A program made the position numbers and the translations under genes. Source: an uncultured delta proteobacterium (GTDB lineage Bacteria; Desulfobacterota; Desulfomonilia; UBA1062). From it: 52,021 bases of DNA. Location of the stretch: NCBI GenBank assembly GCA_963798485.1, contig CAWCTR010000006.1:1-52021 (forward strand), in the 5' to 3' direction. Positions 1 to 9,280 of the stretch are shown here, piece by piece; within the stretch, counting starts at the first letter, position 1, and each line of letters begins with the position of its first letter. The notes under the pieces are model-generated. The model was not told the origin of the DNA, did not search any database, and saw nothing but the letters and a program-made list of their open reading frames with translations.

Positions 1-1
1 T

Positions 2-227
2 CTATAAAAGAACTGGGATCCCCAACGATGGGTGATCATTGGGAATCCCTGAATGAAGAGAGTACCCCTTTCCTCCCATTTCTTTCTGCTTGCAGGAGGG
101 TCGGGTCCCATGTTCCAGGGACCCCTTAGAAGGGAGCCAGCATATCAAGATCTTTAAGATATTCATCTTATGAGATCACCTAACGCGACTTAGAGGGTTC
201 CGGCTCCCTTTCTTATCAGCTTTATAG
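2..227. other. Highly structured non-coding segment with four stem-loops and short imperfect terminal inverted repeats; candidate ncRNA or non-autonomous IS-derived element
   Basis: Hairpins at ~15-49 (GGGAT.CCCAA.GAT / ATC.TTGGG.ATCCC), ~72-99, ~103-124 (GGGTCCC/GGGACCC) and a long stem ~128-212 (GAAGGGAGCC/GGCTCCCTTT). CTATAAA at 2-8 and TTTATAG at 221-227. Confidence 0.35.
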
Positions 228-250
228 TGTAACATCCCAATATCATGAGA

Positions 251-1291
251 TCACTTTGTCGCCTTGACACGTCTCTTTGAGGTATCAATCCCCAAAAGAC
301 GGCCCAGGTTACCGCCGAAAATTTTCCTCTTGTCTTCATCAGTGATGGGCAGATACCCGTACTGCATCTGTAAGTCCTCGGGGATCTGAAAATCTCTGAG
401 CCCCATCACTGCACCACGTATCTGTACACTGAATCCGGCATAGTCAGTGCCCCAGATGATCTTATCAGGACCGACCCACCTGAGGGCCTCACCAAGTATC
501 TTTGCGAACTTTCTCGGTGCCGTCATTGCCCATGGGATGAGAAGACTCAGACAGACATAGACATTCGGGTGCTGCATGGCGATCATGTTGAGATCGTCGC
601 AATACGGATAGCCCATATGGAACGCATTGATCTTGAGCTCCGGGAAATCACGGGCCACATCATCGAGCTGAATTGGGAGTGCATACTTGCTCTTTCCGGG
701 CGGTACCCAACTGAAACCAGTATGGATGTCGAGAACAATACCAAATTCCTGGGCCTTCTCATAAAATGGCCATAAATCAGGATCATTCATATAAGTATCT
801 TCCGGAGGGTAGAACTTGAAAATCTTGGCCCTCTTCTCCTTTACCCAATAGGTCATCTCCTTGATGGTGTTCTGAACGCCCTTGTGCTTGATGGGCGATA
901 CATTCGGCTGATACATGAACCGGTCCGGATTGGTCTCCACGATCTTAGCCATCTGGCCGTTGGTCACCCAGCGGGTCGTATATCCGGTGGTGTCCATCAT
1001 GGATTCGGGCAGGAGGCAGGCGATGTCGACCCCATACTTGTCCATGGCCCAGAGGATGCTCTCGGGGTTTGCATGCTTCACCATCTCCCGCTCCTCCATG
1101 CCATCCAGGTAAGGGGCGAGCAAGGGCAGAGGGGCGCCAAGCAGGAGCGGCCTCTTGATGTTGTCGATGGCCCTCCACCACATCTGCACACCCGGGAAAT
1201 AGTTCAGGTGTTCCATGTCGCCTACAAGGTGACACTCCGGATCTATCTTGAAATAATCGTCCGTTCCTTTGGCAGTATTTGTCATACTCAT
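251..1291 (-). CDS. Amidohydrolase_2 family metal-dependent hydrolase/decarboxylase
   Basis: 346 aa. D-x-E-C-H N-terminal metal motif variant, IHTG, FHMGYP, IIWGTDY and IFGGNL motifs. Confidence 0.85.
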   Translation of the reverse strand: MSMTNTAKGTDDYFKIDPECHLVGDMEHLNYFPGVQMWWRAIDNIKRPLLLGAPLPLLAPYLDGMEEREMVKHANPESILWAMDKYGVDIACLLPESMMDTTGYTTRWVTNGQMAKIVETNPDRFMYQPNVSPIKHKGVQNTIKEMTYWVKEKRAKIFKFYPPEDTYMNDPDLWPFYEKAQEFGIVLDIHTGFSWVPPGKSKYALPIQLDDVARDFPELKINAFHMGYPYCDDLNMIAMQHPNVYVCLSLLIPWAMTAPRKFAKILGEALRWVGPDKIIWGTDYAGFSVQIRGAVMGLRDFQIPEDLQMQYGYLPITDEDKRKIFGGNLGRLLGIDTSKRRVKATK

Positions 1292-1303
1292 TCCTCCGCT
1301 ACC

Positions 1304-1474
1304 CTAGGTTTTCTCTACGATTGCTTCGACCGGGCACATCTGAGCGCAGGAGCCGCATCCGTCACACTTTTCCTGGTCAATCTCGCAGCGGCCGTCGCCC
1401 TCCCCGATAGCCCCATTGGGACATTCGTCCACGCAGGTGGAGCACGCTACGCAGGAGTCGGTTATTTCATACAT
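1304..1474 (-). CDS. 2[4Fe-4S] ferredoxin, 56 aa (absent from ORF track)
   Basis: Manual translation MYEITDSCVACSTCVDECPNGAIGEGDGRCEIDQEKCDGCGSCAQMCPVEAIVEKT; two CxxCxxCxxxCP motifs; GGAAGG RBS upstream. Confidence 0.95.
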   Translation of the reverse strand: MYEITDSCVACSTCVDECPNGAIGEGDGRCEIDQEKCDGCGSCAQMCPVEAIVEKT

Positions 1475-1545
1475 GTCTGCACCTTCCTTCTCTTTGCCAT
1501 GCAGCCGCCTGAATTTTCAGGCGACTGCATGGTTCATGACAATCC

Positions 1546-2904
1546 TTATCTTTGCGTGCGACCCTGCAGCGGCCGCCAGTTCTTTTCGATTAAACCGATC
1601 TCCTTTTTCCACCAGGGTCTTTCAAGTGCCGGCATGGGCGCCCTGAGCATGGCTTCAGGCAGCAGAGACTCATGCTTCTGCCAGGGTCCTATTTTATATT
1701 CGTCCATGGCATATTCGCGGCCGAGGTTCGGATTGTTAGGACATGCAGGGGCCATACCGGCAAGGCACCGCATAAGGCAGGTATTGCACCGTGTGCAGCG
1801 CACAATCTCCTTGGCCTTGCCTGCAGCGAGCTTGTTGGGATATTCGGGATCGCAGAAAAGCTGTCTGCCCATGGCCTGGATGTCGTACCTGCCTTCAGCG
1901 ATGTTCGTGTCGATCTTGACCGGGTCATGCTGGGAAGTGACGACTACGGGGATCTTCAATGCCTTCTTGAAGGCTTCTCCATGCTCCGGGTAATGCCTTG
2001 AACGGTCGATGTCGGCGATGAGGTGCCCGCCTTCCTCGTACCCGGCGCCATCGGACAGACTGATGTAATCCAAGCCGGTGGCTTCGAGGTCCTTGGCCAG
2101 GTCGATCATCTCCTCCTCGGTGAGGCCACCCTTCATGTGTTCTTCCGCACTGATCCTGCACCCTACAGCCACTCCGGGGCATGCATAGCGGATCTGCTCG
2201 GCGACCTCCAGGAGGAAACGCTTGCGGTTGCGCCACTCGCCCCCGTACAGGTCAGTACGCTTGTTGGAGAGCGGGGAGAGGAACTGATGTTCCAGATACC
2301 CATGTGGGCCATGGATCTCGATGACATCGAACCCGGCAATGACCGCAAGCTGGCAGCTGTTCGCGAACTCCTTCTGCTCGTGGTGGATCTCTTCGATAGT
2401 CATCTCTCTTGTCATCTGTCCCGTAATCAAAGAACGGGGATGCTCGGCCACGGCCCATGCATCACCAATGCCTTTGGGAAGGCTTGGCATGGTGATTTCA
2501 TAGGGCAACCCTGCAGTCGGTGCCGGTGCCAGTTTATGGTGATCGTACGAATGCCCCTGCCGGCCGAAACCGATGGTCATCTGGACGGCAGCCTTGGCGC
2601 CGAAGTAGTGGATCCGGTCTGTGAGCAGACCAAGACCCTGCACGTGGCCGTGGTGGAAGAGGTAAAGATTCCTTCCCCAGACGAACTCGGATGCCGTCCG
2701 TGTTCCCATGACGGCCCCGGTGCAGACGAGTGCGGTTCCACCCTTTGCCCGGGCGGCAAAATATGAAATCATCTGCTCTGTTGCTTCCCCGTTCGCCCCT
2801 GAGAGGGTCTCATTCATGGGAGCGAGCATGATCCGGTTCTTCAATTCCACCGGTCCGATCTTGATAGGTGATAAAATGTGCGAAAAATTCTCTTTGTTCG
2901 ACAT
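1546..2904 (-). CDS. NADH:flavin oxidoreductase / Old Yellow Enzyme family with 4Fe-4S motif, lacking the C-terminal FAD/NAD domain
   Basis: LKNRIMLAPM, EIHGPHGYL, QFLSPLSNKRTDLYGG and CTRCNTC...CPNNP motifs; only 452 aa. Confidence 0.88.
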   Translation of the reverse strand: MSNKENFSHILSPIKIGPVELKNRIMLAPMNETLSGANGEATEQMISYFAARAKGGTALVCTGAVMGTRTASEFVWGRNLYLFHHGHVQGLGLLTDRIHYFGAKAAVQMTIGFGRQGHSYDHHKLAPAPTAGLPYEITMPSLPKGIGDAWAVAEHPRSLITGQMTREMTIEEIHHEQKEFANSCQLAVIAGFDVIEIHGPHGYLEHQFLSPLSNKRTDLYGGEWRNRKRFLLEVAEQIRYACPGVAVGCRISAEEHMKGGLTEEEMIDLAKDLEATGLDYISLSDGAGYEEGGHLIADIDRSRHYPEHGEAFKKALKIPVVVTSQHDPVKIDTNIAEGRYDIQAMGRQLFCDPEYPNKLAAGKAKEIVRCTRCNTCLMRCLAGMAPACPNNPNLGREYAMDEYKIGPWQKHESLLPEAMLRAPMPALERPWWKKEIGLIEKNWRPLQGRTQR

Positions 2905-2947
2905 ACTATAGCCTCCCTTTTATGGTAATTATGCTCGCTGAAGTTAT

Positions 2948-4513
2948 TCAGCTGATCATCCTTTCTTTGCCATCCCAGAACTTCTTCTTGATCTCTTTCT
3001 TCAGAATTTTGCCCACGATGGACTTGGGCAGGTCTTCCCAGAAGGAAACCGCCTTGGGACACTTGTAGCCCGCAAGGGTCATCTTGCAGTGGTCGATGAT
3101 TTCCTGTTCCGTGGCCTTCTCGCCTGGCTTGAGCACCACCACGGCGCGCACGATCTCACCCCACCCCTCACTGGGAGATGAAACAACGGAGCATTCCTTC
3201 ACCGCAGTATGTGTGTAGATGACATCCTCGACCTCCCTGGGGTAGACGTTCTCACCGCCGGAGATGATCATGTCCGCCTTGCGGTCGGTCATGAAGATAT
3301 AGCCGTTCTCATCAAAGTAGCCCATGTCACCGGTGTGGTACCAGCCACCCTTGAGCACCTCTGAGCTCAGCTTCGGGTTCTTCCAGTAGCCCATCATGAT
3401 GTGCTTACCCTTGACACAGATCTCGCCGATCTCGCCCGGCCCGAGAGTATTGTCATCCTCGTCCACGATCTTCAGCTGCGAGCAGATGGCGGGCTTGCCC
3501 GCACTGGTCATATACTTCGACTTGTCTCCCTCCAGATAATGGTCCTCAACAGCGAGCATGGTGATGGGCGCACCTGAACTCTCGGTTGCACCGTACCCCT
3601 GGGTGAACCTGTTCCCGAACTTCACGATGCACTTTTTCAGGATATCAAGGGGCATCGGGCTGCCCGCATAGCTGAGCAGCCTGAGGCTCGAGAGGTCGTA
3701 CTTCTCAATATTGGGATAGTCCACCATCCAGCCGTAGATGGTGGGCACCATGTTTATATGGGTGCACCTCTCTTCCTGGATGAGCGAGAAAATCATGTCC
3801 AGGTTGGGCTTCCGGTTGATGCACACCTTGCCGCCCACCAGGAGCATGCACAGGATCGGCCACCAGGAGACATGGAAGATGGGGAGTACGAAACAGGTGG
3901 AGTCCTCCTTGGTAAACCCAGCCTGGAGCACCGTTGCGATGCCTGACATGAGCGCATTGCGGTGGCTCATCATGACCCCCTTGGGAACACCTGTGGTGCC
4001 CCCGGTGTACATGAGGACGGCCAGGTCGTTTTCCTCTACCTTGAAGCTGACCTCTGCATCAGGTTCTTTGTCATATGACTTCGCGAGCAGGTCTTCATAT
4101 GGCTGGAATCCGTCAACAGGATTGTCAAAGGTTATGCAGTTCCTGACACAGATGAATTTTTTCATGATTTTCTGTGACTGCTCTTCATACCCATCGCCGA
4201 CCATGAATACGGACGACTCGCTGTCATTTACGATGAAGACAATCTCATCATCACCCAGCCTGACATTGATAGGTGTGACACTCATGCCGATCTTTGCGGC
4301 AGCAAAGTATGCCTCGAGGTATTTCGAGCAGTTCTCCGCCATTACCGCCACCCTGTCGCCCCTTGAGCACCCGAGGCCGATCAGGGCATTGGCGCACCGG
4401 TTTATCCGCCTGTTGAACTCGAGATAAGTATACCGGTTCCCCTCGAACACAACCGCTGTCCTGTCAGGGAAATTTATTGCTCCATTCCGTGGGATATCGC
4501 CGAGCGTATACAT
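2948..4513 (-). CDS. Long-chain fatty-acid/acyl-CoA ligase (AMP-binding)
   Basis: YTGGTTGVPKG, QGYGATE, HTGDMG, DRKADMIISGGENVYP and GKILKK motifs. Confidence 0.93.
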   Translation of the reverse strand: MYTLGDIPRNGAINFPDRTAVVFEGNRYTYLEFNRRINRCANALIGLGCSRGDRVAVMAENCSKYLEAYFAAAKIGMSVTPINVRLGDDEIVFIVNDSESSVFMVGDGYEEQSQKIMKKFICVRNCITFDNPVDGFQPYEDLLAKSYDKEPDAEVSFKVEENDLAVLMYTGGTTGVPKGVMMSHRNALMSGIATVLQAGFTKEDSTCFVLPIFHVSWWPILCMLLVGGKVCINRKPNLDMIFSLIQEERCTHINMVPTIYGWMVDYPNIEKYDLSSLRLLSYAGSPMPLDILKKCIVKFGNRFTQGYGATESSGAPITMLAVEDHYLEGDKSKYMTSAGKPAICSQLKIVDEDDNTLGPGEIGEICVKGKHIMMGYWKNPKLSSEVLKGGWYHTGDMGYFDENGYIFMTDRKADMIISGGENVYPREVEDVIYTHTAVKECSVVSSPSEGWGEIVRAVVVLKPGEKATEQEIIDHCKMTLAGYKCPKAVSFWEDLPKSIVGKILKKEIKKKFWDGKERMIS

Positions 4514-4535
4514 ATCAGGCCCTCACATTTCAATG

Positions 4536-5699
4536 TCATGCCCAGGATTTTGGCAGGCCCTGGAACTGCATGAGCATGTTGCGGCTCATCTCGTTGGATA
4601 TGGGAGAGAACTGTATCTGGTATGCGTCCCTGAGGAACATGGAAACCGGATATTCGTTGCAGATGCCGTATCCGCCGAAGATCTCGGAACCGTAGATCCC
4701 TGCGTGGCGTGCACCCTCAGCCGCCACCAGCTTGGCCATGGTCGCTTCCAAGTGGTAGGGCTTGCCGTTGTCGCAGAGCCATGCGGCCTTGTAGGTGAGG
4801 TTCCGTGAGTTCTCCAGGTTGATGTACATGTCCGCCAGATAGTTCTGCAGGATCTGGAAACGCCCGATGGGACCGCCGAAGGCATTACGCTCCTGAACAT
4901 ACTTGAAGCAGTGCTCATAGATGGCCGCGATGATGCCTACACCCATCATGGCCACGGAGATGCGTTCTGGGTTGAGGACGGTCATGATTTCCATGTAGCC
5001 GTTGCCGCGGGTCCCAAGCATATTTTCCTTGGGCACCTCCACGTTGTCGTAGAAGATCTCTACGCTCTCGCAGTGGTGGCAGCTGATCTTGCCGATCTTG
5101 CGGATGGTCACGCCCGGGGTCTCGCGGGGTACCATGATGGTGGTCCAGGACTTGCTTTTCTTAACATCCCGCTCGGTCTTGCAGACCGTGATGAGAGAGT
5201 CGGCCACGTGCGCGCCGGTGATGAACACCTTCTGCCCGTTGATGACCCATCTGTCCCCCTTGTCTTCCGCAAAGGTGGACAGCGCGCCGAGGATGTCGGT
5301 CCCTCCGGCGGGTTCGGTCAGGGCCATGCACGTCTTGAACTTGCCTTCGCAGATGAGCGGCAAGTATTTCTCCTTCTGCTCCCTGGTCCCGAGCTCGCCG
5401 ATGAACCGTCCGCCGAAGCCGTAGGTGACGCCTACGGCAAGGGCCACGGACATGGACTTCCTGCAGATCTGCTCGAAGGCGAGCATGTTGTCGAAATACC
5501 CCATGCCCTGCCCGCCGTATTCCTCCGGAATGATCGAGGAGAACAGGCCCAGATCCACGAACTTGTTCCAGAGCTCGTCCGGGATGAAATCCAGGTTCTC
5601 GTCCATCCACCGGACGTATTCGTAATTTAGCTCCTTATCGCAGAACTTCCTGAACGTCTCCTGGATCATGAGTTGGTCTTCAGTGAGAGAGAAATCCAT
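4536..5699 (-). CDS. Acyl-CoA dehydrogenase
   Basis: Start reassigned to MDFSLTEDQ (AAGGAG RBS). ALTEPAGGTD, INGQKVFITG, RNAFGGPIGRFQ and FGGYG motifs. Confidence 0.92.
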   Translation of the reverse strand: MDFSLTEDQLMIQETFRKFCDKELNYEYVRWMDENLDFIPDELWNKFVDLGLFSSIIPEEYGGQGMGYFDNMLAFEQICRKSMSVALAVGVTYGFGGRFIGELGTREQKEKYLPLICEGKFKTCMALTEPAGGTDILGALSTFAEDKGDRWVINGQKVFITGAHVADSLITVCKTERDVKKSKSWTTIMVPRETPGVTIRKIGKISCHHCESVEIFYDNVEVPKENMLGTRGNGYMEIMTVLNPERISVAMMGVGIIAAIYEHCFKYVQERNAFGGPIGRFQILQNYLADMYINLENSRNLTYKAAWLCDNGKPYHLEATMAKLVAAEGARHAGIYGSEIFGGYGICNEYPVSMFLRDAYQIQFSPISNEMSRNMLMQFQGLPKSWA

Positions 5700-5709
5700 G
5701 ATTGACTCC

Positions 5710-6538
5710 TTATTTTTTCTCGTCCGAGGCGATGTTCGCCTGCTTCTGCTGGTTGACAAGCCCCTCGGGGTTCTTCCTGAATGTGTCCATGACCGCCTGG
5801 ATGTCAGGAGCATAGGTCAGCCACTGGATGGCGTTTCGCTCCAGGGCAAGAGCGGCGTCGATGCTGCCGCACTCCAGGGACCGCCCCATGACCTCTTTGG
5901 CCATGCGCAGAGCGATGATCTTCTTCGAGGAGATGTTCTTCACCACCTCATCGAACTTGGCCTCGAACTCGTCGTCCTTGAACACACGGGTCAGGAAGCC
6001 CATCTCGTACATGTCCTTCGCCAGGAAATCCTTGCGTCCGCTGTAGATGATCTCCCTCGCCCGGTAGATGGGCATGGCGCGTGCGATGCGCACCGTTCCG
6101 CCCCAGCCTGGCAGGATACCCATGTTGATCTCAGTGGTGCCGAACTTGGCCGTTTCCTTTGCATAGATAAGGTCGCACATGAGCGCCAGCTCGAGCCCGC
6201 CTGCCAGACAGTGGCCCGTCACCTTGGCGATGACCACCTTCTCGCAGAGCTCGATGGCCTTGCCGACACCATACCCGTCATGGGCAAGCCAGTTTAATGA
6301 TTCCGTGTGCACGGCCAATGATGGGAACACGCTCAGATCACCGCCTGTGCAGAAAGCCTTGCCGCTGCCCGACCAGCACCACCACCGCCACTGATGCCTC
6401 GTCCCTGACTCTCCTGAACGCATCCTGAAGCTCTGAGGCCATCTCGCGGTTGATGGCATTGTATTTATCCGGCCGGTTCAGGGTAATGTGGCAGACAGGC
6501 CCTTTGATCTCATAGAGGATGGTTGTATACTCGCTCAT
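5710..6538 (-). CDS. Enoyl-CoA hydratase/isomerase (crotonase), split by a +1 frameshift near 6368-6374
   Basis: N-part (ITLNRPDKYNAIN...VVVL) in ORF 6338-6538 and C-part (GSGKAFCTGGD, AGGLELALMCD, PGWGG) in ORF 5710-6459; removing one base joins them. Confidence 0.88.
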
Positions 6539-6551
6539 GGCACACCTCGTC

Positions 6552-6965
6552 CTATTTCTTCACAGGTCTGAAATATGGCAGGAAGAAGCCGTCCCTCTCA
6601 TGGAACACCACTTCCACCTCCATGTCGAAGGTGATGTCTTCGGGCTTGCACTCCACGATCCGGGTCATCATGCGGACACCCTCATAGAGGTCCACGTATG
6701 CGATGGTGTACGGGAGTTCATCCATGAACTTGGGCTCCACCATGCTGTAGGCCGTGGAGAAGGTGTAGATCTTCGCCTTGCCGCTGGCCTCTTTCCAGTC
6801 CAGGTTGCCTGACCAACACTCGGGACAGAATTTTCTGGGATAGAATATGTTCGAACCGCACTCCTTGCAGAACTGGACGAGGAGCTTGCCCTCCTTTGTC
6901 CCTGCCCAGAACTTCTCGGACCAGGGCTGTGTCTCAGGGACCGGTTTGGTCATATCAAAATCCAT
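6552..6965 (-). CDS. Zn-ribbon/OB-fold protein (DUF35, ChsH2-like thiolase partner)
   Basis: Start at MDFDMTKP. FW...CKECG..FYPRKFCPECWS and PYTIAYVDLYEGVRM motifs. Confidence 0.9.
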   Translation of the reverse strand: MDFDMTKPVPETQPWSEKFWAGTKEGKLLVQFCKECGSNIFYPRKFCPECWSGNLDWKEASGKAKIYTFSTAYSMVEPKFMDELPYTIAYVDLYEGVRMMTRIVECKPEDITFDMEVEVVFHERDGFFLPYFRPVKK

Positions 6966-6966
6966 G

Positions 6967-8148
6967 TCAGATCTCCTTTCCCCAGATGGTGGAGATTTGG
7001 TTGAATCCCGAACCTCCAGCAGTGTTCTGGAAAACATACTTGCAATTTTTAACCTGCCGTTCGCCGGCCTTGCCCATGAGCTGCCGCGCCGTCTCGACAT
7101 AGGTGGCTGCGCTCACCCCTGAGCCTGTATGCCCGCGTCCTGGAGCATCGCCAATGGTTGACCAGGGGATATCCCCTCCGAACGACATGCGGCCTTCCAG
7201 GAAGTACTTGCCGCCCTGACCCTTGGGAGCTAATTCGAGGCATTCGGCCATTATGGGATGGACCATGGGATAGGCGAGGTAGCAGTTCCAGAGACTGACG
7301 TCGTCCTTGGTGATTCTTGCCTGGGCCATGGCTTCCTTGGCCGTGACGGTGAAGCCTTCAAAGACCTGATTAAAATTCCGCAACACGCAGGTGCCGCTGA
7401 AATAACGCACTGACTCACCCAGCTTGTAGGCGGCCGGACGCTTCATTTTCTTTGCGTCCTTGGCCGAGACCACGACCATGGCGCACCCGCCATCGCCCAG
7501 GATGTTGCTCTCTCTTTTGTGCAGCGGCGTGTTGAGGAGGTCGGATGCCAGGACCTTCTCAGGCGAGGGAACTTCTTTGCCGTACAGGATCGAGTTCGGA
7601 TCCCGGGAAGCCCAGCTGCGCAGGGCAGTAACGACAGATGCCATTTCTTCAGGGGTATAGCCTCTCTCATGGATAAACCGGTTTGCCATGAGACCCATGA
7701 TGAGGTTGTAGGTGGTGCCGAAGGGATACTCCCACTGGAGGTCAATCCCTGCCTTGGCAAAGAAATTGATCTGGTCCACCAGCGGGATGGTGGAATGGAC
7801 CGTTACATGGTGAACGAGCACTGCCTTGGCGAGGCCGTTCTCGATCCACTGCTCCGCCATCCTGATGCAGTTCGAGGTGGAGGCTCCTCCCGCATTGCAG
7901 CTCACCGTGTCCTTGCAGCCCTTGAGCCCGAGCTCTTCCGGAAGCTTGCCGAATGAAAGTTCGGCCGCTATCTTCGGCTGGGCCTGGGGGGTGACGGAGA
8001 CCACGCCCTCGATGTCGTTCTTGTCCAGCCCTGAGTCCCTGACCGCTTCCATGCACGTGTCATAAATAATGTCCCATTGCGTACGCTCTGGCATGCTGCG
8101 GGTGGGGACCTCACCTATCCCGATAATGGCTATCTTACCCTTACCCAT
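6967..8148 (-). CDS. Thiolase-fold protein (SCP2/Ltp2-like, apparently lacking the acyl-enzyme Cys)
   Basis: IAIIGIGE start, NAGGAS where CAS is expected, GRGH, ARQLMGKAGERQV tail; adjacent to DUF35. Confidence 0.85.
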   Translation of the reverse strand: MGKGKIAIIGIGEVPTRSMPERTQWDIIYDTCMEAVRDSGLDKNDIEGVVSVTPQAQPKIAAELSFGKLPEELGLKGCKDTVSCNAGGASTSNCIRMAEQWIENGLAKAVLVHHVTVHSTIPLVDQINFFAKAGIDLQWEYPFGTTYNLIMGLMANRFIHERGYTPEEMASVVTALRSWASRDPNSILYGKEVPSPEKVLASDLLNTPLHKRESNILGDGGCAMVVVSAKDAKKMKRPAAYKLGESVRYFSGTCVLRNFNQVFEGFTVTAKEAMAQARITKDDVSLWNCYLAYPMVHPIMAECLELAPKGQGGKYFLEGRMSFGGDIPWSTIGDAPGRGHTGSGVSAATYVETARQLMGKAGERQVKNCKYVFQNTAGGSGFNQISTIWGKEI

Positions 8149-8200
8149 AAGGAATCGACCTCCTTTGCCTGTTGTCGATCTTCTATCGGCGTTTGTTTTT

Positions 8201-8257
8201 GATACCGTACTGTATCGTTCTAAAGATAATAGTAATCAAGCTTTCATACCTTGTCAA
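8201..8257 (-). promoter_or_regulatory. Sigma70 promoter of the catabolic operon plus palindromic operator
   Basis: Minus strand TTGACA (8252-8257)-17 bp-TACTAT (8229-8234); palindrome GATAC-N6-GTATC at 8201-8216 just downstream. Confidence 0.7.
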
Positions 8258-8291
8258 GAGCATATTTTTAATTTTATTAACTTGTCTTTTA

Positions 8292-8322
8292 TATTATTGT
8301 TATTATTGGTATTATTGGTATT
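8292..8322. repeat. 9-bp tandem repeat TATTATTG(G/T) x ~3.4
   Basis: tattattgt tattattgg tattattgg tatt in the AT-rich divergent intergenic region. Confidence 0.6.
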
Positions 8323-8446
8323 TAATTATCATTAACATTGAAGGACCTTCAGCTTTTTGGCCTTATACATTTTTTTACTTTACTTATCGTACCGATATGA
8401 TCAATAGTAGATAGTAACATCAGACAATAGTGAACAAGGTTAGGCT

Positions 8447-9280
8447 ATGAAACAGTATCCGAAACATATGAAGATGTCAGAGTTGAGCGCCCGTGCAAAA
8501 AAACCGGCCGCCACAATCCGCTATTATGCGCGGCAGGGCCTGCTACCCGAACCGGTCAAGACTAGTAAGACAATGTCATACTACACGGTGGAACACCTTG
8601 AGAGGCTCCACCAGATCAATGCACTGCAGGAAAAGGGGTATTCCCTTGATGAGATCGGCCATGTTGTAACCCGGCACACCGGAGAAAATCATTCCAGTGT
8701 GAAACCTGATACAATCTATTCGACCAAGCGTGATGTCATCGTCAAGGCCGCAGTAGATCTCTTTCGCGACAAGGGTTACGACACAACAAATATCGATGAC
8801 ATCGTTTCCCGTGCAGGAATCGGAAAGGGAACATTCTACCAGTATTTCAAAGGCAAGGAAGATCTGTTCCATGAATGTGCCGGTTATGTGTTCTATGACA
8901 TAGCAAGGGATGAGCCTGCCATTAGCGAGGAATGCGACGGCATGAAACGCCTCTGGAACCGGGCATATTTGTTCGTTCATACCCATTTACACATGGTCGA
9001 CATGCTCAACCTCGCACGGGGCGCATCCATCAAGAATAATAACAGGTCCCGCAAAATGCTCAATGATGTCATGCACAATCTCATCGCTCCCATCGAGGCG
9101 GATCTCCTCATGGCCGCTGAACAGGGAAAGATACATTTCAAAGATATTCATCTCCTTGCGCACTTGCTTATGGGTGTAACGGAGTATGCACACTATTACC
9201 GCCAGATTCATCCCGAGGCCGACATCGATAGCGTCCTCATGAAATGCTGGAACACTATTTTCGGCGGGGAGGCAGCATGA
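8447..9280 (+). CDS. MerR-HTH/TetR fusion transcriptional regulator
   Basis: MerR N-terminus (MKMSELS...TIRYYARQGLL) followed by TetR HTH (LFRDKGYDTT...GIGKGTFYQYFKGKEDL). Confidence 0.9.
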   Translation: MKQYPKHMKMSELSARAKKPAATIRYYARQGLLPEPVKTSKTMSYYTVEHLERLHQINALQEKGYSLDEIGHVVTRHTGENHSSVKPDTIYSTKRDVIVKAAVDLFRDKGYDTTNIDDIVSRAGIGKGTFYQYFKGKEDLFHECAGYVFYDIARDEPAISEECDGMKRLWNRAYLFVHTHLHMVDMLNLARGASIKNNNRSRKMLNDVMHNLIAPIEADLLMAAEQGKIHFKDIHLLAHLLMGVTEYAHYYRQIHPEADIDSVLMKCWNTIFGGEAA

